Positions 47,101-56,985 are shown, counted from the stretch's first letter. The stretch is 64,000 bases of DNA from Thiotrichales bacterium (GCA_947478525.1 CANJVU010000004.1:22458-86457); one strand, 5' to 3'. Numbers and translations: made by a program. Notes: generated from the sequence alone by a model not told the origin.

Positions 47101-47395
47101 AGCCGGTGGATTTGGCTTAAACCTAACAGCAGCCGATACCGTCATTCACTACGACCCATGGTGGAACCCCGCCGTCGAAATGCAAGCCACCGACCGCGCG
47201 CATCGTATTGGTCAAGACAAACCGGTATTCGTGTATAAACTTATCGCCGAACAAACCGTCGAAGAACATATGCTGGCACTGCAAGAACGCAAACGCAAGC
47301 TGGCTGAGGGCACCTACGAAGGCGCAATGCAATCGGACAAACTGGAGTTGTCAGGACAAGAATTGTTGGCATTGTTTAAAGCATCGCCGACTTAA
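44105..47395 (+). CDS. SNF2-family helicase with N-terminal SWIM zinc finger
   Basis: SWIM motif CSCPVGYNCKHVVAVLL. SNF2 motifs LADDMGLGKTVQT, FLDEAQMVKN, LTGTPMENHL and QATDRAHRIGQ. Confidence 0.88.
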   Translation: MTNLMVLIKQHIHDFFDAVTYQRGQIYASEGRALIETVENQPEANKTTLKSKVQGSRWYRQSIAIKATPKLFIGGTCSCPVGYNCKHVVAVLLTYLDTPEPKETVAPIVAPSPNAFSQFLLSTKSNVVKKPFTATTGTSEKTHIVYVMKPGKRGSFDVQALRTRLLKTGEIAPPLPIGMGALGAKHYLQMHPYATLEDHDLANKVKTLPNADQSSHFYLYNTQGIEILNLLLLTDRLYWKELTPESLLKSGHDKKAEFLWRKREDGLTYFEILIDGRSRDLYFASTEPMIYVDTQTMTAGEVHHTLQPEVLDRLRQHPGIASEQLTEVSEALYLEFPHQPHLPLPSALTLEMIQVAPKPRLTLSAEMHNGLLRYQATLTFDYQGNIVAPDFLGHSVFAKINGISYEIKRDAAAEIDYRQALIPHGFAHAVRGSKGLSLVMDEHAPLPVIIKKWQLFLADGIETLTKTGWKVEFDPTFKLRFHNAEAFSGQVTQTHNDWFNVALGIEFNGTQLPLLPLIHQWLISGGDLNQQTPLLLNVNGENWLEIPYDVVKPIANTLIELFQTRPIGKSGEVQIAKHNIARLLELEETLGKQQKPLWQGATQWRDLAKKLRSFEGITAVETPSGLQAQLRDYQKFGMSWLCFIREYGFGGVLADDMGLGKTVQTLAYLQHLKQTNQLKSPALIVAPTSLMGNWRWEIERFTPSMTVLVWHGNDRHQGKELLATHDIIVASYGVVLRDIELLKQQPFDSVFLDEAQMVKNPKNKVSKAIRDLQVQHRFCLTGTPMENHLGELWSLFDFLMPSFLGDDRQFKKLYRTPIEKHGDHARHLELNKRILPFMLRRTKQVVAKELPPKTEMVRVVTLTGEQRKVYEAIRLSMESKVRDLLQTKGVARSHIEILDALLKLRQVCCDPRLVKLASAQKVHESAKLDLLMQMIPEMIEEGRSIILFSQFTSMLELIELELHKQKIPYEKLTGQTRNRDEKIQSFQQGKVKLFLISLKAGGFGLNLTAADTVIHYDPWWNPAVEMQATDRAHRIGQDKPVFVYKLIAEQTVEEHMLALQERKRKLAEGTYEGAMQSDKLELSGQELLALFKASPT

Positions 47396-47413
47396 AGCCG
47401 TGACATTTTCCCT

Positions 47414-49099
47414 TTAACGAATCGCCGCAATCAACAGCGCCACAACACCCACGCCGGCGATTTCAACATCGTGGAGTTCGATCCATTCTTTGATTAACAG
47501 CCAATGACCTTGACCCAGCTCACCGATGCCTGCGAACGCCAGCAACAATATTCCGCCGACAAAAAACCATTTGCGGCTGCGGGTATTGGATAAGACAGGT
47601 TTTTGTTCTTGCTGTATTTGTTCTAACTGCGCTTTGAGATATTTCGACTGCATGGTTAGATTACTGTGAATCAACCGCGGGATCTCCGGCAGCATTTCGC
47701 TCATATACGGCAGCTGTTCTTTGACGCGGCGCAAGAACCCGCGTAGACCGACATGGTGATGCATCCATTTTTCCAAGAACGGTTTGGCGGTGCGCCACAA
47801 ATCCAAATCCGGATATAAATTGCGCCCCATGCCTTCAATATTTACCAGGGTTTTTTGCAACAATAATAATTGCGGCAACACTTCCATTTCAAAGCGTCGA
47901 GCGATCTGGAATAAGCGCAACAAGGATTGCCCCAAGGAAATATCTTTCAGTGGCTTTTCAAATACGGGCTCGCAGATGGTACGAATGGCAGATTCTAACT
48001 CATCAACACGCGCGCCTTTGCCCACCCAACCAGATTCAATATGCAGCTCTGCGGCACGGCGATAATCGCGGCGGAAAAACGCCAGAAAATTTCCTGCCAG
48101 ATAATGCTGATCTTCTTTTGTCAGCGTTCCCATAATGCCGAAATCCATTGCGACATAATAGGGGTCAGAGGGGTCTACCCAATTCACCCAAATATTACCC
48201 GGATGCATGTCGGCATGGAAAAAACAATCACGAAACACTTGTGTATAAAAAATCTCAACACCACGCTCGGCCAGTTTTTTCATATCCACACCGCTGGCTT
48301 GCAAAGTTTTGGCATCAGAGGAAGAAACCCCATGCACCCGCTCCATCACCAGCACATTGGAGCGGCAATATTCCCAGTAAATTTCTGGAACCTGTAGAAT
48401 ATGGGTATCAGCAAAATTACGCTTTAATTGAGAGGCATTGGAGGCTTCTCTCATCAAATCCAACTCATCTAGTACATTCCGCTCAATCTCACGCACTACT
48501 TCTAACGGTTTTAAGCGCTTACTTGGCTTCCAATAACGATCAATCAGGCCTGCCAAAGCATATAGCAATGAAATATCATTGCGCAACACTGCTTCAATAT
48601 TAGGACGCAGCACTTTAATCACCACCTGTTCACCGGTTTTTAATTGCGCAGTGTGCACCTGTGCAATTGATGCAGAAGCCAACGGTTCTTCGGAAAAATC
48701 AGCGAACACTTCTGCGACGGTAGCACCAAGCGCTTGCTCAATCATTTCGCGCGCAATATGACCAGGGAAAGGCGCGACCTGATCCTGCAATTTGGCCAAC
48801 GCCATGGCGACATCATCAGGCAACACATCACGTCGTGTCGAGAGGATCTGACCGAACTTGACAAAAATTGGACCCAACTCTTGCAATGCCAAACGTAAAC
48901 GATCACCCACAGACAAACGGCGATCACGAAACCAATTGATGGGATTCAAATACACTGCGAAACGAAAGGGACGAAACCAGGGAATTGACAGCACGATTTC
49001 ATCCAAACCATACTTAACCGAGATATAGCCAATTTTATAAAGCCGAGCCCATTGTTTGAAGTGCATGACGCCAACCAGACGATTGTTTTGCGCTATCAT
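47414..49099 (-). CDS. ubiB: ubiquinone biosynthesis regulatory kinase-like protein UbiB
   Basis: Colinear with E. coli UbiB: LRLALQELGPIFVKFGQILSTRRD, ASASIAQVHTA and FFHADMHPGNI. The start could alternatively be the internal Met at 49066. Confidence 0.92.
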   Translation of the reverse strand: MIAQNNRLVGVMHFKQWARLYKIGYISVKYGLDEIVLSIPWFRPFRFAVYLNPINWFRDRRLSVGDRLRLALQELGPIFVKFGQILSTRRDVLPDDVAMALAKLQDQVAPFPGHIAREMIEQALGATVAEVFADFSEEPLASASIAQVHTAQLKTGEQVVIKVLRPNIEAVLRNDISLLYALAGLIDRYWKPSKRLKPLEVVREIERNVLDELDLMREASNASQLKRNFADTHILQVPEIYWEYCRSNVLVMERVHGVSSSDAKTLQASGVDMKKLAERGVEIFYTQVFRDCFFHADMHPGNIWVNWVDPSDPYYVAMDFGIMGTLTKEDQHYLAGNFLAFFRRDYRRAAELHIESGWVGKGARVDELESAIRTICEPVFEKPLKDISLGQSLLRLFQIARRFEMEVLPQLLLLQKTLVNIEGMGRNLYPDLDLWRTAKPFLEKWMHHHVGLRGFLRRVKEQLPYMSEMLPEIPRLIHSNLTMQSKYLKAQLEQIQQEQKPVLSNTRSRKWFFVGGILLLAFAGIGELGQGHWLLIKEWIELHDVEIAGVGVVALLIAAIR

Positions 49100-49182
49100 A
49101 CCATAGCTTGCTACAATATCACTGGCTAATTCACTTCGATTAGCGTATAATATAGCCTATTAAAATAATTTCGAGATTTTAC

Positions 49183-50403
49183 ATGCAACACAAAAGCCTA
49201 TGGTCGGTCGCACCCTTATTTCTTGTGTTGGCGATTGACAGCATGGGCCTGGGTATTTTATTTCCCATTTTAAGCAGCATGATCATTGATAATAGCTCTC
49301 CTTTTTTAGCAGTCACGGTATCGCCATTCACGCGTGAATTACTCTACGGCATGATCATCGGCATTTATATGATTTGCTGGTTTATCGGTGCCGGCATGCT
49401 GGGCGACTTCTCAGATATTGTCGGGCGCAAAAAAGCGCTGATGATTTGCCTGGTGGGCGGCTGTCTGGGTTATTTTATTTCCGCGATCGCCATCATAATT
49501 CATAGCGTAAGTTTATTGATTATCGGCCGGATTATTGCCGGCTTCACGGCGGGCAGCCAACCGATTGCCCAAGCGGCAATTATTGACATCAGCCCAGAAA
49601 ATCATCGCGCCCGCAACATTGGTTATATCTTACTGGCGGTTTCGATTGGCTTTGTAATTGGCCCACTGGCCGGTGGCATTTTATCAAATACCGCCTGGGT
49701 CAGCTGGTTTAATTTTGCTACACCAATGTGGTTTGCTGGCATTGCATCACTGTTCAATGCCGCCTACTTGTTCTGGTGCTTTTCCGAAACCTTTACCGTC
49801 ACTCGCCATGTCAAACTGCGCCTGCATTATGCCATTCAAATTTTTATTGAAGCCTTTAAACACCAGAGAATTCGGTTCTTATCGGTGATCCTGCTGATTT
49901 TCATTGCCGGCTGGAGCGAATACTTTAGTTTCATCGCACAATTTTTGCTGCGCTACTATAATTACTCTACCTTGAATACATCGCTATTTATCACGGTGCT
50001 GGCGGTTGGATTCAGCATCGGCTTTGCAGTATTAGTAGAACCCTGCACCAAATGGTTTGGCAACAAACGCTGCGTAGTCGGTGGACTGGGAATTGGCGCA
50101 GCACTCTGTTTAATCACAGCAACAGTGCCATTACAATGGTTGACATGGATCAGTGCCGTTTTCATTGGCATGAGCGTAGCGGTTGCCTACTCAGTCTTGA
50201 TTACCATTTTTTCCAATCAAGTCGATTCCACCGAGCAAGGCTGGGTAATGGGAGTGACCAGCGCCATCATGGCACTGTCGTTTGGTGTGGCGACCTTCTT
50301 AAGCGGGTTTGCTGCAGATTTTGGTGCTGCCATGCCGATCATCATGGCGTTTATTGGCATGCTGATTTCAGCCATTCTCATGAGTTTTACTAAGACGCAA
50401 TAA
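49183..50403 (+). CDS. MFS transporter (12 TM, drug-efflux-like)
   Basis: 406 aa with MFS motif GMLGDFSDIVGRKKAL between TM2 and TM3. Confidence 0.8.
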   Translation: MQHKSLWSVAPLFLVLAIDSMGLGILFPILSSMIIDNSSPFLAVTVSPFTRELLYGMIIGIYMICWFIGAGMLGDFSDIVGRKKALMICLVGGCLGYFISAIAIIIHSVSLLIIGRIIAGFTAGSQPIAQAAIIDISPENHRARNIGYILLAVSIGFVIGPLAGGILSNTAWVSWFNFATPMWFAGIASLFNAAYLFWCFSETFTVTRHVKLRLHYAIQIFIEAFKHQRIRFLSVILLIFIAGWSEYFSFIAQFLLRYYNYSTLNTSLFITVLAVGFSIGFAVLVEPCTKWFGNKRCVVGGLGIGAALCLITATVPLQWLTWISAVFIGMSVAVAYSVLITIFSNQVDSTEQGWVMGVTSAIMALSFGVATFLSGFAADFGAAMPIIMAFIGMLISAILMSFTKTQ

Positions 50404-51073
50404 ACGACCACTGTGCCAATACGTCCTGCAAGCCGCGGAATAAAATGGTCAAGCCAATACAGAAAATAATAAATGCCGAAAGCTTGATGATCACCTGGGT
50501 ACCACTGGTACCTAGTTTTTTCGTCAGATAGTGCGCATAGCCATAGCAAAAATACACCGTAATCGCCGCCAACAAAATACCCACCATCACACCAACTTTC
50601 CCCATCATAATCTGAGGAACACTGCCTAGGTTTTCATGCGCGCCAACCGTCAACGCAACCGCCATGCTTCCAGGCCCTGCCGTTAAGGGTAACGTTAACG
50701 GGAAAAACGCCTGAGCAGAAGCATCTGCATCAGTAGTAATTTCTTTGCCATAGCCCTCACCGCCACCGCCATCACTGGACATAATCTTCCAACCAATACT
50801 CACCAGCACCAAACCACCCGCGACTTGCACCACCGCAATGCTGACGCCAAAAAATCCTAAAACCCATTCACCTACCCACAACACAATCGTCAGCAAAATA
50901 AAACTGTTGAGCGCAATTCTAAAGGCCAAACGACGACGCGAAGCAGAAGACAAGCGATGCGTTAATGCCAGAAAAATAAACGCCGTACCAATCGGATTGA
51001 GCACCGGAAACAAGGCGGCGTAGGTGAGGGGAATGGCGTCAATGAAATGAGATAAGTCAAACATAAATATCAA
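50390..51073 (-). CDS. MarC-family (UPF0056) membrane protein
   Basis: 227 aa. The N-terminal ALFPVLNPIGTAFIFL pattern and six TM segments are typical of MarC/YhgN. Confidence 0.75.
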   Translation of the reverse strand: MIFMFDLSHFIDAIPLTYAALFPVLNPIGTAFIFLALTHRLSSASRRRLAFRIALNSFILLTIVLWVGEWVLGFFGVSIAVVQVAGGLVLVSIGWKIMSSDGGGGEGYGKEITTDADASAQAFFPLTLPLTAGPGSMAVALTVGAHENLGSVPQIMMGKVGVMVGILLAAITVYFCYGYAHYLTKKLGTSGTQVIIKLSAFIIFCIGLTILFRGLQDVLAQWSFIAS

Positions 51074-51085
51074 TCCATAATAAAA

Positions 51086-51501
51086 TGGTGGAGGCGGCGG
51101 GAATTGAACCCGCGTCCGAAAATCCGCTGCCGTTGGTCCTACATGCTTAGCTGATTGATTTTATTTCGCGGTTGATCAGTCCAGTCAGCAGGTACAATCA
51201 ACGCGCTAGTCCGAGCAACTTTAGCAGGCAAACATCAGACGGTGTTTACACGCGATCTTGTTCACTATTAGCGCGCTATCCTAAAACAAGCATTAGGGTA
51301 GTCACGCCGATGTGTCGTTTCTTAGGCGACGGATTAAGCAGCTTTTTTACGAGTTACTTGAATCACAGCATCGTTAGCAGCCTCTAGGGCCTCTTCTTTT
51401 TTGCCAGTTATAGCAATTGATAGTCTTGATTTACGAGATGAGCTATCGCTCTCGGCATGCACCTCAGGGTTTGTAATCCCCGTCGAAACCAAGTCGCCCC
51501 C
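51086..51501 (-). ncRNA. ssrA: tmRNA (SsrA)
   Basis: The 5' end is GGGGGCGACTTGGTTTCGACGGGGATT and the 3' end is GCGGGTTCAATTCCCGCCGCCTCCACCA (tRNA-Ala-like acceptor/T arm). The internal tag frame ends ...ANDAVIQVTRKKAA followed by a stop. Confidence 0.9.
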
Positions 51502-51580
51502 AAAGCGTTGTTAGTTCGTGTGCTAAGATATATTTTAGTGACAATTGCCTGAAATAGCAAGCGTTTTGAGCACATTTTGA

Positions 51581-52297
51581 TTAAACAGGAGACTGCTTTA
51601 CCAACGCATCTAAAAACTGGAACAGTAATTGATTCATTGAATCGTACTGCTGCGCTCGCAAGGTTGCTGCATCTTGCACATAAGGCCGCCCCGCCAATTC
51701 AGCCAATTCTTGCTGTGAATGCACAACCATCTGCTCAATGGCATCATGGGTAAATTCCATATGACATTGAAACCCATACACCCCTGGCTCATATGCTATG
51801 ATTTGCCTGGGACAACCTGCACTGGTGGCAAGAATTTTTGCGCCTACAGGTACACCTGGCATATCGCCATGCCAATGGCCGACGTCAAATGAATGCGGAA
51901 AGGTGGAGAAGATTGGATCGGTTTTGGCTTGCGCCGTTAAGGTAATCGGAAACACACCGATTTCCTTGTGTGGACTGTGCTCACACCGTGCACCATACGC
52001 TTCACCCAACAACTGCGCGCCCAAGCAAACACCCAGCACTAATTTTTTTCTGGCAATGGCATCTTGGATCAGCGCAATTTCTGCGTTGGCATTAAAATAG
52101 GGGCACTCTGTCAAAGTAGTCGAAGGGCTTTGCGGCCCACCCATGACGATCAAAAAATCGATCTGGCTGGTGTCTTTGGGTAACGCTTCATGCGCATAAC
52201 AATTGGTGTAATGAACGCTATGACCGCGCTGCACTACCCATTGCGCAATAGCGCCCGGGCTTTCGAAACTTTCGTGCATCACAATATGAATATTCAT
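51581..52297 (-). CDS. class I glutamine amidotransferase-like protein
   Basis: Start at MNIHIVMHESFESPG (ATG 52297). Nucleophile elbow GVCLGAQLL and HMEF near the C-terminus. Confidence 0.8.
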   Translation of the reverse strand: MNIHIVMHESFESPGAIAQWVVQRGHSVHYTNCYAHEALPKDTSQIDFLIVMGGPQSPSTTLTECPYFNANAEIALIQDAIARKKLVLGVCLGAQLLGEAYGARCEHSPHKEIGVFPITLTAQAKTDPIFSTFPHSFDVGHWHGDMPGVPVGAKILATSAGCPRQIIAYEPGVYGFQCHMEFTHDAIEQMVVHSQQELAELAGRPYVQDAATLRAQQYDSMNQLLFQFLDALVKQSPV

Positions 52298-52371
52298 CGG
52301 GAAGATTCCTTTCGCAGTGAGAAACAGATCATATACCATTATAGATCCTTGATACAAACAGATCACCAATA

Positions 52372-53415
52372 CTAAAGATCTCTTCCTCTGGCGGTTTCAA
52401 TTACATGCCTCTCTCGCTCAATCTCGGCAATTAACTCTGTCTCAGTAGGCAGATAAGATGTGTATTTGGTCGCAAATAATTGTTGGCTATCATTTAATAT
52501 ACTGTATTTGACAATGGTTTCGTCTTTTTCAGCGCAAAGGATGATACCGATGGTTGGATTATCATCCTCTTGTTTTTTAAGATCATCAAACATTCGAATG
52601 TACATATCCATCTGTCCAGTATCTTGATGACTCAACTTGGTGGTCTTTAAATCAAACAAGATGAAACATTTCAGCAGATAATTATAAAATACCAGATCGA
52701 TGTAAAAATGACTGGTTTCGGTACTGATTCTAAATTGCCGCCCTACAAATGAAAACCCCTTGCCAAGCTCTAACAGAAATTTTTGTAAGTTTTGAATCAA
52801 AGCACTTTCAATATCTTTTTCATTGGCATTTATTGATTCCGGAATATTTAAAAACTCAAAAACATAAGGATCTTTGATAAAATCATTGAATGTTGATTTT
52901 TCTAATGCCGGTAATTTTTTTAAAGTGGTTTGCTTATTTTTAGAAGAGAGCAACCGCTCATAATAAAAAGTATTGAGGTTGCGCTCCAATGTGCGAGAAC
53001 TCCACTGTTGCTCTACACATTCCCTGAGGTAATAGTCTCTTGCATTTAAATTTTCTATCCTCATGATCATACGTTGATGTGTCCAGCTCAAATTGCTACG
53101 CAGTGCGTAGCAATTTGAAACATCCGGATAAGTTAAATAGAATTGTCTAAAGTTACGAAGGTTTGCATATGAAAACCCCTTACCAAATTCGGTTGTTAAT
53201 GCCTTAGAAAGTGTTTTCAAAATTGCTTCACCATAAGCAGCTCTCTTTACACCCTGCTGCTCTTCCTCAACAATACGCTTTCCAATATGCCAATAAGCTT
53301 CTACCATTGCACTATTTACCGCAGTATAAGCTTTTTGTCGTGCGGTTTTTAAAATCTGTAATACCTCAACAAATAGAGAGGTTTCCAAGCGCTGAAATCC
53401 ACCAATATGTACCAT
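52372..53415 (-). CDS. YhcG-family PDDEXK nuclease (DUF1016)
   Basis: Start at MVHIGG (ATG 53415). YWHIGKRIVEEEQ, LSWTHQRMIM and DPYVFEFLNIP...FYIDLVFYNYLLKCFILFDLKTTKL match the DUF1016 pattern. Confidence 0.8.
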   Translation of the reverse strand: MVHIGGFQRLETSLFVEVLQILKTARQKAYTAVNSAMVEAYWHIGKRIVEEEQQGVKRAAYGEAILKTLSKALTTEFGKGFSYANLRNFRQFYLTYPDVSNCYALRSNLSWTHQRMIMRIENLNARDYYLRECVEQQWSSRTLERNLNTFYYERLLSSKNKQTTLKKLPALEKSTFNDFIKDPYVFEFLNIPESINANEKDIESALIQNLQKFLLELGKGFSFVGRQFRISTETSHFYIDLVFYNYLLKCFILFDLKTTKLSHQDTGQMDMYIRMFDDLKKQEDDNPTIGIILCAEKDETIVKYSILNDSQQLFATKYTSYLPTETELIAEIERERHVIETARGRDL

Positions 53416-53494
53416 ATAACCCCTTACATCGAATACAAATGATTCAGGTTTATAATAACACAAATTGGTTGTTATAAAAACAAAATGTGAGAAT

Positions 53495-53821
53495 TTATTG
53501 CAACGTCAACTTCCGCGCCAAGTAACCATAAAACATAAACATTTTCATCATCGCCATACGATCGGCGAGGCAGTACATTTTAAGAAAAAGAACAGGTCTG
53601 GCAATAAACATCGCCGGCCAAAATAGCGTAACCAGCAAGCCCATGGCTTTAATCGAACGATCCAGACGTTTGATGGCGTCATCATCCAAGTCTAGCTTCA
53701 GCTTAGCTTTGCCTTTACGCGATTCGCCAAAGTCATTAAATAAATGAAAGATGGCCAGACGCCCCACAAAACATAGATAAATGAACGAAATTATATAAAT
53801 AATATTAGCATTATCAGCCAT
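53495..53821 (-). CDS. hypothetical small membrane protein (108 aa)
   Basis: ORF with two or three hydrophobic segments. No family recognised. Confidence 0.45.
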   Translation of the reverse strand: MADNANIIYIISFIYLCFVGRLAIFHLFNDFGESRKGKAKLKLDLDDDAIKRLDRSIKAMGLLVTLFWPAMFIARPVLFLKMYCLADRMAMMKMFMFYGYLARKLTLQ

Positions 53822-53887
53822 TACTTTTCCCCCGCACTTATCGAACGGGACATTGTACCACTTTTTTTGCTGGAAGGTCTGTTAACT

Positions 53888-55450
53888 TTACTGATACTGA
53901 CTCTGATAATCCTCAACCGAGCCTTCAAAGCGCGAAACTTTGCCATCCTTAATCAAGTACAGCTCATCCACCAAGCTGCGCAACAAACTACGGTCATGCG
54001 ACACCAAAATCAGCGAGCCCGTATAGCCTTGCAAGGCGTACATCAATGCCTGACGCATCTCTAAATCCAAGTGGTTAGTGGGCTCATCCATCATCAGTAA
54101 ATTGGGCTTTTGCCAGACAATCTGCGCCAACGCCACGCGTGACTTTTCACCGCCCGAAAACTCGCTCAACGGCGACATCGATTTATCGCGATCAAAACCG
54201 AAGCTGCCCAGATAGCCAATCAATTCTTTTTCACCGGTGCCACGGGCCATTTCTTGAAACAACTCTAACGGTGTGTAATTGAGCGGCAGATAATCCACTT
54301 GCTGCTGGTCAAAATAACCAATCTTGGTACCTGAAGAGCATTCCACTACGCCAGAAATTGGTTTCAACTTACCTAAAAGACCTTTGATTAACGTCGACTT
54401 ACCCGCGCCGTTTACTCCCAACAGACCAACACGCATCCCAGCCGCCAAGGTCATATTGATTTTACTCAATAAGGCTTTACCCTCATAACCCAGATCTACT
54501 TTGCTCATGGTTAACATCGGATTGGGCATTCTGTCGGGTTCTTTAAATTCAAAACTGAACATAGAGGCTTCGTAGATCGGCTTCATCACTTCCAGTTTTT
54601 CCAATGCTTTCAAACGGCTCTGTGCTTGACGCGCTTTGGGTGCTGCGGCTCTAAAACGATTAACATAACTCATCAAATGGTCAATTCGCGTCTGTTGCTT
54701 ACGGGCTTGCGCGTTATGCAGCAGTATTGCCTGCGCACGCTGCACTTCAAAGGACGAATAATTGCCGGTGTACATTTTTATCCGCTGGTTATCAGCATGC
54801 GCGATATGGGTGACGGTGCTGTCGAGAAAATCGCGATCATGCGACACCATCAATACGCCGCCTTGATAATGTTTTAAATAATCTTCCAGCCAGAAAATGG
54901 CCTCCATATCCAAATGGTTGGTGGGCTCATCCAGCAGCAATAAATCGCTCGGCGCAAACAAACAACGCGCCAGATTCAAGCGCATCCGCCAGCCACCGGA
55001 AAATGATTTGATTGGTTTACTTAAATCCTCTTGAGTGAATCCAAGACCATTTAAAATTTTAGCAGCGCGGGCTTCAGCGTCATAACCATTCATTTCCGAC
55101 AATAAATTATGGCATACCATCATCGCCTCATAATCTTGCACGGTTTCCGCATGGGTTAAATCCGCGTAAACTTTGGCAAGCTTAGTATCACCTTCAATAG
55201 CATAACTGAGTGCGGTTTGCATCAACCCAGGAACTTCTTGCGCCAGGCTGATGATGCGGGTGCCATTACGCAGGCTGATTTCGCCTTTGGCCGGCTCAAG
55301 CAACCCATTGATTGCAGCAAACAGCGTCGACTTGCCGGAACCATTACCGCCCACCAAGCCGACGATGTTTTTTTCATAGAGGTCAAAACTCACCTGCTCC
55401 AACAGCGTATTGGCCGCACGGGCAATGGAGACGTTTTGTAACTTTAACAT
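53888..55450 (-). CDS. ABC-F family ATPase (two ABC domains, no TM)
   Basis: 520 aa with two Walker A motifs (GGNGSGKST; GVNGAGKST) and two signature motifs (FSGGWRMR; FSGGEKSR). Confidence 0.88.
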   Translation of the reverse strand: MLKLQNVSIARAANTLLEQVSFDLYEKNIVGLVGGNGSGKSTLFAAINGLLEPAKGEISLRNGTRIISLAQEVPGLMQTALSYAIEGDTKLAKVYADLTHAETVQDYEAMMVCHNLLSEMNGYDAEARAAKILNGLGFTQEDLSKPIKSFSGGWRMRLNLARCLFAPSDLLLLDEPTNHLDMEAIFWLEDYLKHYQGGVLMVSHDRDFLDSTVTHIAHADNQRIKMYTGNYSSFEVQRAQAILLHNAQARKQQTRIDHLMSYVNRFRAAAPKARQAQSRLKALEKLEVMKPIYEASMFSFEFKEPDRMPNPMLTMSKVDLGYEGKALLSKINMTLAAGMRVGLLGVNGAGKSTLIKGLLGKLKPISGVVECSSGTKIGYFDQQQVDYLPLNYTPLELFQEMARGTGEKELIGYLGSFGFDRDKSMSPLSEFSGGEKSRVALAQIVWQKPNLLMMDEPTNHLDLEMRQALMYALQGYTGSLILVSHDRSLLRSLVDELYLIKDGKVSRFEGSVEDYQSQYQ

Positions 55451-55508
55451 GCAAGACTCAAGGTAAAATAAAACGTGATCTTACACTATTTAAGTGGTGG
55501 GGGCAAAA

Positions 55509-56951
55509 TTACTTCAACGCCTTATTTAACATCGGTGTCAGCAACAACATCAGCACCGCGAAAATTAACGTACACTCGCCGATCTCAAAAAACAAATGGG
55601 TATAAATCGGCAATGTTTGAACGGGGTTGGTAATATCGGCAGGAACGCTGGCAATGCCTGCCACGAAACCTGAAATGACCGAGCCCGCAGACAACGTCAT
55701 CCACCATACGCCCATCATAAAGCCCATGCTGCTTTGTGGAACGAGTTTGCTGACCATTGCCAGACCGAGTCCGGAAATCAACAACTCACTAACCGCCAAA
55801 AACAGGTACAAGATAACCAACCACCAAGCACTGACCAAGCCTGTGGTGCCACCAAAAAACTTACTACACCCTGCGATCAAAAATCCGATGGCACAAATAA
55901 ACATACCAATGGTAAATTTGGTTGGCAGTGAGAAATCTTTACCACGACGACCAAAATGGGTATAAAAATATGCCAAAACCGGGCTAGCAATTAAAATCCA
56001 CAGCGCATCCAATGACTGAAATGACAAGGGACTCAAGTTTAACCCCAACACATGAGTATTAATGTTATGCACGGCGTATAATGTCAACGAAGTAGACATT
56101 TGCAGGTTAATCACAAAATAAGCCACAGCCTCCAACATCAACACCAATGCGACGATCAGATTAGCACGCACCCTACCCTTATTCACCACAATCAAACGGC
56201 CAAACAAAATCAGAATAATGATACCGATAAGCAATAATAACCAATGTGCCACGGATAAATGCAACAGCAACCAGGAAGCAATAAACGCCACCACAACACC
56301 ACCAGCCAGCACCACCCCTAAACGCAACCAGGAGAGTGGTTTAAGCCCTACTGGCGAATCAATACCCGCCATCCAGGAACGCAACGATATAAAATAAATC
56401 AGCGCGATCACCAAACCAATTGAAGATACCCAAAACCCGATCGACCAAGAATAATGTGCAGCAACGATTGGCGCCACGATGATGCTAACAAAAGCACCTA
56501 TATTAATCGCCATGTAGTACAACGTAAATGAACCATCAATCCGCGGATCTCCTTCGCGATAGCACTTTGATAATAAACTGGATGGGTTAGATTTAAAAAA
56601 ACCATTACCCACCGCAATGCACCCCATACCTAAAAATAATAAAGGTTCCTTGCCCATTCCCAGCAGAAAATAGCCTGCTGCCAAAAAGCAAGCGCCCAGT
56701 ATAATGGTGCGCTGAATCCCCAATACTTTGTCGCCAATAAAGCCGCCAATACTCATAAAACCGTATACCAACGCAACCAGTGCGGCATATACATCAAAAG
56801 CTTTAGCGTCGCTGTAACCGATGGTGTGAATCATATAATAAACCAGCAGCGACTGCATACCGTAGAAACCAAAACGCTCCCACATTTCGATGGAAAAAAT
56901 TACATAAAAAGGCTTAGGTTGACGTAAGTTTTCACCGATTCTTGCGAACAT
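55509..56951 (-). CDS. POT/PTR2-family di/tripeptide:proton symporter
   Basis: 480 aa with EMWERFGFYGMQ, GGFIGDKVLG and FTLYYMAINIGAF. Confidence 0.88.
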   Translation of the reverse strand: MFARIGENLRQPKPFYVIFSIEMWERFGFYGMQSLLVYYMIHTIGYSDAKAFDVYAALVALVYGFMSIGGFIGDKVLGIQRTIILGACFLAAGYFLLGMGKEPLLFLGMGCIAVGNGFFKSNPSSLLSKCYREGDPRIDGSFTLYYMAINIGAFVSIIVAPIVAAHYSWSIGFWVSSIGLVIALIYFISLRSWMAGIDSPVGLKPLSWLRLGVVLAGGVVVAFIASWLLLHLSVAHWLLLLIGIIILILFGRLIVVNKGRVRANLIVALVLMLEAVAYFVINLQMSTSLTLYAVHNINTHVLGLNLSPLSFQSLDALWILIASPVLAYFYTHFGRRGKDFSLPTKFTIGMFICAIGFLIAGCSKFFGGTTGLVSAWWLVILYLFLAVSELLISGLGLAMVSKLVPQSSMGFMMGVWWMTLSAGSVISGFVAGIASVPADITNPVQTLPIYTHLFFEIGECTLIFAVLMLLLTPMLNKALK

Positions 56952-56985
56952 TCAGCTCTCCTAACAATATCTCAATGGATATGCA

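Noticed and set aside
51172-51387. 71-aa plus-strand ORF
   Set aside because: It lies entirely antisense within the tmRNA gene.
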